Assembly: GCA_938091905.1 (NCBI GenBank) | Contig: CALKOM010000036.1 | Location: 1 to 61,424 of the forward strand | Direction of reading: 5' to 3' | Length of the DNA stretch: 61,424 nucleotides | Origin: an uncultured Verrucomicrobiales bacterium | Lineage (GTDB): Bacteria > Verrucomicrobiota > Verrucomicrobiia > Verrucomicrobiales > DEV007 | In this document: positions 29,498 to 38,336 of the stretch, in pieces | How the letters are laid out: each line of letters begins with the position of its first letter | Numbering within the stretch: the stretch's first letter is position 1 | Made by a program: the position numbers and the translations under genes | Notes under the pieces: model-generated | What the model saw: the letters and a program-made list of their open reading frames with translations, nothing else | Told to the model about the DNA's origin: nothing | Databases searched by the model: none

Positions 29498-31543
29498 ATG
29501 ATGATGTTCATGCGCCTATCTCCCTTTGCCTGCCTCGCGAGCGTTACGTTGGCCCTTTTTCAAATGAGCCTTGCTGAGTCGGTGGAGCCTTCCGCCGATC
29601 TTCGCGCCCAGATTGATCAGGCGGTTGAGTCGGTCTATCCGGCACTCGTTCGGATCCATGTCGTTTCGGAGTCCGGGCGCGATGGACGCATGATGAAATC
29701 TCAGGGTTCGGGTAGTGGAACGATCATTTCGGAAGATGGTCTCGTCCTAACGAATCACCATGTGGCCGGTCGGGGAACGCGGGTGGTCTGTCGACTGTCG
29801 ACTCGGGAAGAGGTAGGCGCCGAACTGATTGGGACGGATGTCTTGAGTGACCTCACCGTGCTCAAGTTGGACCTAACTGACCGCACGCTCGATACCCCTC
29901 TCGCTGTTGCTTCCTTCGAGGATTCTGACAAGGTGCGGGTCGGAGATACCGTGCTGGCCATGGGTAGTCCTGCAGGGTTGTCGCAGTCTGTCACCTTGGG
30001 GGTGGTTGCAAACACGGCCATGATCCCGCCGAGACAAGGGAGCTTTGATCTCGAAGGCGAGAGCGTGGATCAGTTGGTGCGCTGGATTGGTCATGATGCG
30101 GTGATCTTTCCTGGAAATAGCGGAGGGCCTCTCGTGAATTTGAAGGGGAACATCGTGGGGGTGAATGAGGTGGGGGTAGGAAGTTTAGGAGGAGCTATTC
30201 CTGGCAATTTGGCGAAACGTGTTGCCGATGAGATCATTGCCCATGGCAAGGTCACTCGAGCATGGATCGGACTCAATGGGCAGCCTTTGCTTAAAGGTCA
30301 GCGCCGCGAGGTTAAGGGGATGTTAGTTGCGAGTGTGATGGAGGGCTCGCCAGCGATGAATGCTGGTATTGAAGCCGGAGATATCATCACGAGCTTTCAT
30401 GGGCAGACGCTCAACGTGACGAGTGCGGAGGATGTGCCGGAATTTAATCGATTGGTCTTCAACGCCGAGATTGGCGAGCCACTCGATCTCGTTGGTTTGC
30501 GTGGCGAGGAGGCTCTGAGTTGGCAGGTTACTCCGATCGAACGTGAGCCCAAGAGAGATCGCCCCGTGGAACTGAAATCCTGGGGCGTGACTGCTCGCAA
30601 TTTCACTCGTGTGGCTGTATTGGAGTATCGGCGTGAAGGACGCGATGGTGTCCAAGTGCATAGTGCACGACCAGGTGGTCCGGCCAGCGAGGCAAAGCCG
30701 AGTTTGCGCGCTGGCGACACTATTCTCAAGGTCGGAGAGGCTGCCGTGAAAGATGTCGTGGAGCTTCAATCGGTCACGACGAAGCTCGTCGCTGGAAAGA
30801 CGAGTCCAGAGCCTGTTTTAGTCACCTTTGATCGTGGCAATCGGCAGTATCTAACGGTGATCGAGCTAGGTCCAGAGACTCCGGATGAGCAGCCAAAGTT
30901 GGCAAAAAAGGCTTGGTTAGGAGTCAGCACACAAGTGATTACGAGAGAGTTGGGCAAAGCGCTTGGACTTGGCCGAAAGAAAGGTGTGCGCGTGACCGAA
31001 GTTTTCTCTGACACGTCTGCGGAGAAGGCTGGCATCATGACTGGAGATCTCTTGCTGAAACTTGATGGCTCTGTCATTCAGGCGAGTCGGAGAGAGGATG
31101 CTGAGGTGTTTGAGAATCTTGTTCGGCAATACCCTGTTGATGCTGAGGTGGAACTAACGGTAGTGCGAAATGGTGAAGACCTTGAGCTTACGGTGCCTTT
31201 ACAGCCACGCCCCGTGCCTCCTAGCCAATATCTAACTTACGAGGATGAGAATTTTGAGTTCACTGTTCGCGATCTTGCTTTCGAAGATCGTGTTTCGAAG
31301 CGACTTGAGGCTAAGCAGCCTGGTTTACTCATCGCGCAAGTGGAGCGCGCGGGATGGGGGGCCCTCGCTGGATTGCGTAATGGCGACATCCTTCTACAGA
31401 TAGATGGGACTACAGTGGCTGGACTAGAGTCTTTCAAAGAAACGATGGCAGCGATCGAAGAGAAGAGGCAAGAGCGTGTGGTTTTCTTCATCAAGCGTGG
31501 TATTTACACAGCCTACCAGGAACTCGAGCCCAACTGGAACTAG
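29498..31543 (+). CDS. HtrA/DegP-like serine protease with four PDZ domains
   Basis: GSGTII, TNHHV, SDLTVL, FPGNSGGP triad; four GD-I/L-L PDZ cores (AGDII, AGDTIL, TGDLLL, NGDILL). Confidence 0.9.
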   Translation: MMMFMRLSPFACLASVTLALFQMSLAESVEPSADLRAQIDQAVESVYPALVRIHVVSESGRDGRMMKSQGSGSGTIISEDGLVLTNHHVAGRGTRVVCRLSTREEVGAELIGTDVLSDLTVLKLDLTDRTLDTPLAVASFEDSDKVRVGDTVLAMGSPAGLSQSVTLGVVANTAMIPPRQGSFDLEGESVDQLVRWIGHDAVIFPGNSGGPLVNLKGNIVGVNEVGVGSLGGAIPGNLAKRVADEIIAHGKVTRAWIGLNGQPLLKGQRREVKGMLVASVMEGSPAMNAGIEAGDIITSFHGQTLNVTSAEDVPEFNRLVFNAEIGEPLDLVGLRGEEALSWQVTPIEREPKRDRPVELKSWGVTARNFTRVAVLEYRREGRDGVQVHSARPGGPASEAKPSLRAGDTILKVGEAAVKDVVELQSVTTKLVAGKTSPEPVLVTFDRGNRQYLTVIELGPETPDEQPKLAKKAWLGVSTQVITRELGKALGLGRKKGVRVTEVFSDTSAEKAGIMTGDLLLKLDGSVIQASRREDAEVFENLVRQYPVDAEVELTVVRNGEDLELTVPLQPRPVPPSQYLTYEDENFEFTVRDLAFEDRVSKRLEAKQPGLLIAQVERAGWGALAGLRNGDILLQIDGTTVAGLESFKETMAAIEEKRQERVVFFIKRGIYTAYQELEPNWN

Positions 31544-31593
31544 AGAGCTTCCTGGATCTTTTACACTCAAGCACCCAACACTCAACGAAACGC

Positions 31594-32454
31594 ATGAAAT
31601 TCTATGCCACACTCCTCTTCAGCTTTGCTGTTCTCTGCTCGACCAGCCTTTACGCGGATGATGCTATCAATGAAGTGGCCCGCAAATTGCAGTCCGACCT
31701 AGGTGAATCGATCATCACGGTAAAGGTGGTCGTGGATGTCGAAGTGGTTGTGGGTGGTTCGGCGAACCAGTCTCAGGAACAGAAGATTGAGGCGCCAGGC
31801 ACGGTGATCCAAAAGAATGGGCTCACCGTGGTCGCGAATTCCACGATCGACATTAGCGCTCAGGTTGAGCAGCAGCTGCGACGTCAGGCACGCGGACGCG
31901 AGGTGAACGTGAAGACGACTTTCAAGGAAGTGAATTTGCTGCTGCCTGATGGTACTGAAATTCCGAGCAAAGTCGTTCTCAAGGATGGAGATCTCGACGT
32001 GGCGTTTGTGTTGCCGGTGGCTGAGGAAGTCGAAGCGGAAGGGGTTGAGTTTACTTCAGTGACGTTTCCTGAGGAAACGCCTAGCACACGACTCTTGGAC
32101 TCTATCATCCTTCTTAATCGATTGAGCCAAGATCTTGACCGCGAGTTGTCCGTCTATGTGACCAAAGTCGAGGCAGTCATCAAAAAGCCTCGCAAGTTCA
32201 TCGTCACCCACAATAGCTCGACTGGAACTCCCGCCTTTCTTGGAAATGGGAAGCCGTTAGGACTCTATGTGCGGCGCATCGTGAATGGAAGCGCCGCCAG
32301 CAGTGTGGTTCTGCCCGCAAAGGAAGTGGCTCGCCTAGCTAAAGAGGCGTCAACGGCGGAGCCGATTAATGCGGAAGCAGATTCAGAGAATGAAAATGAG
32401 GCTGAAGAGAAGCAGGACGACGAGAAGCAAGCAGCCGATTCGGTAATCGACTAA
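31594..32454 (+). CDS. Secreted trypsin-fold protein with degenerate catalytic motifs
   Basis: GTVIQKNGLTVVANS, DGTEIPSKVVLKDGDLDVAFV, GTPAFLGNGKPLGL align by eye to the HtrA protease fold; His and Ser motifs are not conserved. Confidence 0.7.
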   Translation: MKFYATLLFSFAVLCSTSLYADDAINEVARKLQSDLGESIITVKVVVDVEVVVGGSANQSQEQKIEAPGTVIQKNGLTVVANSTIDISAQVEQQLRRQARGREVNVKTTFKEVNLLLPDGTEIPSKVVLKDGDLDVAFVLPVAEEVEAEGVEFTSVTFPEETPSTRLLDSIILLNRLSQDLDRELSVYVTKVEAVIKKPRKFIVTHNSSTGTPAFLGNGKPLGLYVRRIVNGSAASSVVLPAKEVARLAKEASTAEPINAEADSENENEAEEKQDDEKQAADSVID

Positions 32455-32474
32455 GATTGGGCGACGTACCGGGT

Positions 32475-33449
32475 TCAACGTCGACTCACGCGATAGTAAC
32501 GCACAGGAATGTTGGTGGCGCTAGCATCCACGAACCGAGCTCCACCATTCCCTCCGACGGTAACACTGGATCCCGGGAGATCCTCTTTCCAGTTTTGTAG
32601 ATTGTTAGAGTATTCGACCTGGAACGTCTCTCCGGCGTTCGCAGGCCAATTTAGGCGAACTCTCTTATTCGGGCCCCGGGTAATCGATGGTGTGAAGGTG
32701 ATGGCAGCCGAGGAATTCTCAGTGATCTCACTGACTGTCCAGTTGTCAAAGTAGAGCCAATTCGTGCCCGCATTGTCTGGATCATTGACCTCCCACTCAG
32801 CGGACACGTCGCCAAGGTTCTTCTCAAAATTGGTTTCCGTGAGCAGGGCATCGTCAAAGAGAGAGATGTTGTCGAGCGATGCTGACCAGAGATTGTTCGC
32901 AAAATCCACGGTTAAGGAGAGGTCGTAAACGGTGGCGTGTTCGTAGGAAACAGACGTGTCGTGGAAGCCGTCTCTTACGCCGTCGTAGCGCCAGATACCG
33001 AAGGATTCGATGGTGTTGTCAAAGACAACAGACGCTAGCATATCCGCATTTTGGTTGACGACGGAAATGTAGAAACTATCATACAACTCATTGTCTGAAT
33101 CGATGATTGCCATATCCGTCGAGAATTGGACCAGGCTATCCTTTGCTACAGGATCGACATTGATAGGGCGCCAGATCGAAGCGATGAAATTGTCGTCGGT
33201 GAACTTAGGAATACCGAAACCTAGCGTTCCCGCGATATTTCCGTCTGTGAAGGTGCCTTCAATCGTGCCGTGGATGCCTTCGTCTTGGTTCGTGCCCATC
33301 CATTCGTCAGTACCGACGAGAAGATCATCTCCGATCTCAAAGTCAGAGAAATCGGTGCTGTAGAGGATGGTCTCGGCGGCAGAGGACGCGGCTGTGCAGC
33401 TGATCAGCGCGAGACAGAAGAGGGACGCAGAACGAGAGTTAGGGGGCAT
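32475..33449 (-). CDS. Secreted acidic protein with a Verrucomicrobia-type C-terminal beta domain
   Basis: Signal peptide; jelly-roll-like body ending YFDNW; C-terminus LNWPANAGETFQVEYSNNLQNW...RYYRV. Confidence 0.75.
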   Translation of the reverse strand: MPPNSRSASLFCLALISCTAASSAAETILYSTDFSDFEIGDDLLVGTDEWMGTNQDEGIHGTIEGTFTDGNIAGTLGFGIPKFTDDNFIASIWRPINVDPVAKDSLVQFSTDMAIIDSDNELYDSFYISVVNQNADMLASVVFDNTIESFGIWRYDGVRDGFHDTSVSYEHATVYDLSLTVDFANNLWSASLDNISLFDDALLTETNFEKNLGDVSAEWEVNDPDNAGTNWLYFDNWTVSEITENSSAAITFTPSITRGPNKRVRLNWPANAGETFQVEYSNNLQNWKEDLPGSSVTVGGNGGARFVDASATNIPVRYYRVSRR

Positions 33450-33496
33450 AGCACAATTTAGACGGGAAATGCCTAGGCTTCATTCAATTTGTTTCC

Positions 33497-34186
33497 TTAC
33501 GGAGCGGTTAGCTGCTGTCCATTGCAGCTTGTGTCTAAACTTGCCATAAAGGGAACCGCGCTTTTGGCCCAATCTTCAGCGCCAGGATACGCAGCGGCGT
33601 CACTGCCGAAACACTTCTGCAGCATTGCTGTATTGATGATACCTGGATTTAATGCAGCCGTCGCCAAACCTGTCGGAAGTTCTTGGGCGAGCGCTGAGCA
33701 GAGCCCTTCGATCGCCCATTTGCTCGCGCAGTAAGGGGCCACTTCTGGAGCGGTAGATCTCCCCCAGTAAGAACTGAAATTAAGAATAATGCCAGACCCG
33801 CGCGCGATCATGGCGGGGACTGTGTGGCGGATGATTGAGGCCACTCCTTTGACATTGATGTCCATGACCTCAGCAAACTCTGCTTCACCGATTTCCCAAA
33901 GAGGGGCATTATGATTGATGATCCCGCCGTTGTTCAGAAGTAGATCTGGAGCGCCTATTCCTGAAAGGGCAGTGTTAGTAAATGCGCTGATCGATTCCTC
34001 TGATGTCAGATCAGCAGCAAGGAACTGGTGCGGTGCTGGGTACTGCTTTCGCAATTCTGATAGTAATATCTCATTCCGACCGCAACCGGCCACGGTCCAC
34101 CCGAGTTTAGCGAACTCGCTGACCATGGCGCGACCGAGGCCGCGAGTCACCCCAGTGATCATGACGCATTTCGAATCTCTGCTCAT
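33497..34186 (-). CDS. SDR family oxidoreductase
   Basis: ITGVTRGLG, NNGG, YCASK. Confidence 0.92.
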   Translation of the reverse strand: MSRDSKCVMITGVTRGLGRAMVSEFAKLGWTVAGCGRNEILLSELRKQYPAPHQFLAADLTSEESISAFTNTALSGIGAPDLLLNNGGIINHNAPLWEIGEAEFAEVMDINVKGVASIIRHTVPAMIARGSGIILNFSSYWGRSTAPEVAPYCASKWAIEGLCSALAQELPTGLATAALNPGIINTAMLQKCFGSDAAAYPGAEDWAKSAVPFMASLDTSCNGQQLTAP

Positions 34187-34228
34187 GCGGTCTTCATGCG
34201 CTTTCTCGAAGCCAAGCGCAAGACAGAC

Positions 34229-34801
34229 CTAATTCTTTCCGCGCCCTTTGGGGCGAGCCTTAAATTTCTGGTCTTGGGCAGCGATTGAATTCTTTGATGA
34301 GAGGACGGCCGCGTGGGGATCGTAGCTCAGTTGATAGCCAGAGAGTTCGGCGATGTAACGGAGTACTTCGCTCGCGGGGAGGTCGCCTAAGTCGAGCGTG
34401 ATTTTATTCGGCGACTTTCCTTTGACGATAAAGTTGGGCTTCAGTTGCCCACTGGTCGACTCCGTGACTTTTGCTTTCAGAAAGGCGAGTGCCTTATCGA
34501 CAGAGAGGTCATCAAACTTGACTTTTCGCACAATAACGCTGGCAAGTCGCGCTTCAAGATTAACTGGTCTGACACCGTGCTTTGCGGCTGATTGTACGTG
34601 GCGGAGATACTCCTGTGCTCGCTTGTTAGTCGGGTCTTCTTTAATGGCGTTCAAAAGGTAGGCTCGGGCCTCCCGATATTCCCCGCTTTGGTAGGCTTTC
34701 TTGCCTTGGATAAACGCGGTGGCTGATTTCTCTCGATCTGCATGGAGAAGAGAAGGGATCAACATCAGGCCGAAAGTGAAGGACAGTAGAGAATGCCTCA
34801 T
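34229..34801 (-). CDS. Secreted TPR plus secretin-N0/STN-like domain protein
   Basis: Signal peptide; one TPR (GKKAYQSGEYREA..DPTN..A); VKFDDLSVDKALAFL...ITLDLGDLPASEVLRYIAEL. Confidence 0.65.
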   Translation of the reverse strand: MRHSLLSFTFGLMLIPSLLHADREKSATAFIQGKKAYQSGEYREARAYLLNAIKEDPTNKRAQEYLRHVQSAAKHGVRPVNLEARLASVIVRKVKFDDLSVDKALAFLKAKVTESTSGQLKPNFIVKGKSPNKITLDLGDLPASEVLRYIAELSGYQLSYDPHAAVLSSKNSIAAQDQKFKARPKGRGKN

Positions 34802-34884
34802 GGTTAATAAAGTAGCGTATCAGGTAAATGGCAGCAAAAAGTTTCGCTTCTTTTGTAGCGAAAGACGCGTTCCTCAGTCGGCTG

Positions 34885-35454
34885 CTAGAACAACCAGCGG
34901 CCCAGCACGATAAGCCCGAATACGACCAGAGCGATGATGCCGAATACCCCGAGAAGAAATGCTAACAGGATCCAAGGGCTGGGGCGCACCTTTTGTTGAT
35001 CTATGTCTCCCGAATGACTCTCTAACAAGGCGTTGTTCTGAGCGTTAGACTTGAACCAGATTGAGAAGAGATCCCCAATCACGGGGATCGAACCCATGGC
35101 TGCGTTGATGGCAATATTAGCTGCCATGCGGATGAGAACCGTCTTGGGAAGCTGACGACGGGCACCTTCAACCAGAATAGTCGTGCCCAACGTCGCCGTA
35201 ATGGCATCACCGATGGCAGGAAAGAGGAACCCGATGATTGGGTCCAACCCAATCCGAATCTTGCAGTTAGGAATCTCAAGAAGGTCGTCTAGCACCCTGG
35301 CGATAGCCCTAGGAAATACCTTCTTTATGGGCGCTTGAGCGCTCGCGGAAGCCGCTTTGCCGTTGCCCGGTAAATTAATTGAGTCTCTGTTAGCCTGGAG
35401 GATCTCATCCACCTTGGCTTCGACCACACCGGCATCGTCGTCAGCACTGGGCAT
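34885..35454 (-). CDS. DUF4112 domain protein
   Basis: LDD..EIP...IRIGLDPIIG..P.IGD; RMAAN...G.IPVIGDLF..WFKSN..N. Confidence 0.85.
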   Translation of the reverse strand: MPSADDDAGVVEAKVDEILQANRDSINLPGNGKAASASAQAPIKKVFPRAIARVLDDLLEIPNCKIRIGLDPIIGFLFPAIGDAITATLGTTILVEGARRQLPKTVLIRMAANIAINAAMGSIPVIGDLFSIWFKSNAQNNALLESHSGDIDQQKVRPSPWILLAFLLGVFGIIALVVFGLIVLGRWLF

Positions 35455-35468
35455 GCCGTGTTTCGTGC

Positions 35469-37211
35469 TTATTCTCCGCCTGAAGAACCCTTAATCTCCA
35501 ACAACATCTGAGCATTGCTCGGGAATCTCTCAACGAAGCTGAGCAAGCGTTCGATGGCCTCGATTGGCTTGTGCCCAGAAAGTCCTCGCCGGATGAGATA
35601 GATCTTCTCAATCTGATGAGGTGGTAGCAAGAGTTCCTCTCGTCGTGTCCCTGACTTAAAGATGTCTACGGCTGGGTAGATGTAGTGCTGGGAGATCTTT
35701 TTATCTAACACGAGCTCCATATTACCTGTGCCCTTGAACTCCTGATAGATGGCTTCATCCATCATGGTACCGGTATCGATCAGTGCTGTTGCTAGAATCG
35801 TGAGCGACCCCGCTTCACGCGTGTTCCGCGCTGCCGCAAAGAGCCTCCGTGGAACCTCCAAAGCGGTGTTGCTCAAGCCTCCTTTGTTGAAACCTCCTTT
35901 GCCTTTATTTGCACGGTTATAGGCGCGAGCAAGGCGAGTGATAGAGTCCATCAGGATGAAGACATGCTCTCCGGCTTCCACCATGCGTTTCGCGCGCTCG
36001 ATGGCGAGCTCAGCCACACGCATGTGCGTACGTGTGTCATTGTCATTGCTACTGGCCATGATCTCTGCATTCGGCAAGGCTCGGGAAAGTTCCGTTACTT
36101 CTTCTGGACGTTCGTCGATGAGGAGAATGATGACTTTCGTCTCTTTGTAATTCTCGTCCAAGGCCTGGGCAATGTGTTCTAGCAAGGTCGTCTTTCCTGT
36201 TCGAGGCGGCGCGACGATGAGCCCGCGTTGCCCACGACCCACAGGAGTAATCATGTCGATGATCCGTGTCGTCTGGCGCTTGGCATTGGTTTCCAAGATC
36301 CAGCGTTTGTTCGGATTAATAGCGGTCAGCTCTTCAAAGACGGGGAGATTTTGATACACCTCAGGCGACTTATCATTGATGGTTTCGATTGCCGTGAGCT
36401 GAGGACCCCGTGGCCCACGGCGCACTTCACCTTTTACTATCATGCCATCACGAAGCCCAAAGTCTCGGACCATGTCGGGCGGAATAAACGTGTCGCGATT
36501 TGTTTGATAGAAATGCTTGTCAGCTTGTCGAAGGAAACCAAAGCCTTTTGGACTCAGTTCCACCCAACCGCCACCTTCGGTAGGAGGCCCTAGCTCGACA
36601 TCTTTCCGGCTGCGCTGTTCGTAGTCATGATCGTCGTGTTGATCATTATCTCCGCGGTTGCCGTCGCGGTCGCGCCCTCCACTACCGCGGTTGCGGTTGC
36701 GGCCACGGTTGCGTCGGTTGCGATTGCGGTTGTGCCGACGTTCATCGTGGCGTCCTCCGCGATCACGATCCGAATGTTGAGGATCACGCTGACGGCCTTC
36801 GGTTTCGCTCGGGGCGGCCTGAGGTGGCGTTGTCTCCGCTATGGTTGCGGCAGGAACTGCGGCAGCCGGAGCTGGCTCGGCGGCAGGCGCAGCTTTCGTT
36901 GGAGCGGGGGCGACTTCCTGAACTTTGGGCTTGGCCGCTTTCTTGGTCGCACGTTTCTTGCGCGCGACTTTCTTGGGTGGTTCTGAAACGGTAGCTTCTG
37001 CGGCTGGCTTTGGAGCAGTCTTGGTAGGAGCCTTCTTTGCAGTCTTCTTCTTGGCTGCTACTTTCTTCTTGGCAGGAGCCTTCTTTTCTGTCGCCGTTTT
37101 CTTCTTGGCTGCTACTTTCTTTTTCGCAGTTACCTTCTTCTTGGCGGCACGTTTCTTCTTGGCTGGCACGGTATTGAAGAGGGCTTGTTCGTAATTGGGA
37201 GGGGTGCTCAT
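35469..37211 (-). CDS. rho: Transcription termination factor Rho with long N-terminal extension
   Basis: GFGFLR, GRGQRGLIVAPPRTGKT, LLIDERPEEVT, DSITRLARAYN, EFKGTGNMEL, SGTRREELL. Confidence 0.95.
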   Translation of the reverse strand: MSTPPNYEQALFNTVPAKKKRAAKKKVTAKKKVAAKKKTATEKKAPAKKKVAAKKKTAKKAPTKTAPKPAAEATVSEPPKKVARKKRATKKAAKPKVQEVAPAPTKAAPAAEPAPAAAVPAATIAETTPPQAAPSETEGRQRDPQHSDRDRGGRHDERRHNRNRNRRNRGRNRNRGSGGRDRDGNRGDNDQHDDHDYEQRSRKDVELGPPTEGGGWVELSPKGFGFLRQADKHFYQTNRDTFIPPDMVRDFGLRDGMIVKGEVRRGPRGPQLTAIETINDKSPEVYQNLPVFEELTAINPNKRWILETNAKRQTTRIIDMITPVGRGQRGLIVAPPRTGKTTLLEHIAQALDENYKETKVIILLIDERPEEVTELSRALPNAEIMASSNDNDTRTHMRVAELAIERAKRMVEAGEHVFILMDSITRLARAYNRANKGKGGFNKGGLSNTALEVPRRLFAAARNTREAGSLTILATALIDTGTMMDEAIYQEFKGTGNMELVLDKKISQHYIYPAVDIFKSGTRREELLLPPHQIEKIYLIRRGLSGHKPIEAIERLLSFVERFPSNAQMLLEIKGSSGGE

Positions 37212-37682
37212 GGGCACAAAGAATTGGGTCGTCTGTTCTGTGTTAGAATTTGATCAGGCGCATGGAACGTCCTCCGGTCTTACGGACGTTTCGGGCAACA
37301 GTGATGCTGGCGCTTGAAGCGCTATGTGAGAGAAGAAAGTGTGTGGATGGTCGCCGACACAGCCACTTGATCAGTCATGGTCACCAAAAGGAATCCGCGA
37401 GTCATTGTTAGTCAGTGCCAAACGACGCCAATCCTGAAGACGTTCAACGGGAGGGAAGGGATATTTTGGTAGCCTTGGCTTTCAGAAAACCCCTTAGGCA
37501 ATGAACCTGACGGGAATGGAACCGCGTAGGTTACTTTTCGGGCTAAGAGTGTATCGGGGATAGATTCTTACGGGTCAAGCCCTTTTCTGGTAGAAATCGG
37601 GCTGTTTTGGGAGTGAAATCGATAGAATCTTAGGATTTCGCTTGCCCATGGGCTTAACCATCCAAGATGTTGCCATTAACTT

Positions 37683-37898
37683 ATGGGAAAACAGTATAAT
37701 AAGGTTATCAAGCGAAGCCGCCGACGCAAGTACATCCAGCGGAAACGAGAGCGGACGCTGGCTGCAGCCGGCACGAAATCTTCTCCAGCAGCGAAGAAGA
37801 AAGCTGCTCCAAAGAAGAAAGCGGCGAAGAAAGCTGCGGCCAAGAAGGTCGCAGCTGCGACTGACGAGAAAGCTGCTGATACCCCAGAGAAAAGCTAG
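37683..37898 (+). CDS. Small highly basic protein with a histone-H1-like K/A tail (71 aa)
   Basis: MGKQYNKVIKRSRRRKYIQRKRER followed by PAAKKKAAPKKKAAKKAAAKK. Confidence 0.75.
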   Translation: MGKQYNKVIKRSRRRKYIQRKRERTLAAAGTKSSPAAKKKAAPKKKAAKKAAAKKVAAATDEKAADTPEKS

Positions 37899-37958
37899 GG
37901 GGATATCGTTGCGAGCTGGACTCGCAGCGTGGCAGCCACGAGGGTTCTTCTGACTGCC

Positions 37959-38336
37959 ATGACCATTCCTGGAAACGATTCGCCGAGCTGGGTGCAGGTT
38001 GCACTTAGGTTTGGTTTCTTCACGCTCAGGCATCGTCCTTGGCGTAGAAGACTGATGTTCTACGTGTCTCTTGCAGCAATGTTTCAGTTAGGCATGGGCT
38101 TGGTGCTGATCGGATGGTTGTCTCAGTCTGTCATTCTCTTTCTCCTCTACTGGTGCTTTTGCGTCTGCCTTGTGTGCTTGATGCTTCTCCTGGCGGTTTA
38201 TGATATGCTTGCCGTGCGCCAAGAGCAGACGAATGAACTTCAGCGTCTCCGAGAGCAAGTATTCGGAGACGCTGAGGAACTGTCCTCAACCACATCAACT
38301 GATGCCGACGATCCGAGAGACTCTGGAGAGGCGTGA
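37959..38336 (+). CDS. Hypothetical two-TM membrane protein
   Basis: RRRLMFY-TM1, FLLYW..C-TM2-AVYDML; overlaps the dgt start. Confidence 0.7.
   Translation: MTIPGNDSPSWVQVALRFGFFTLRHRPWRRRLMFYVSLAAMFQLGMGLVLIGWLSQSVILFLLYWCFCVCLVCLMLLLAVYDMLAVRQEQTNELQRLREQVFGDAEELSSTTSTDADDPRDSGEA

Noticed and set aside
37548..37578. TTGACC...TACACT sigma70 promoter for rho
   Set aside because: Spacer is 19 bp; too weak to report as a feature.
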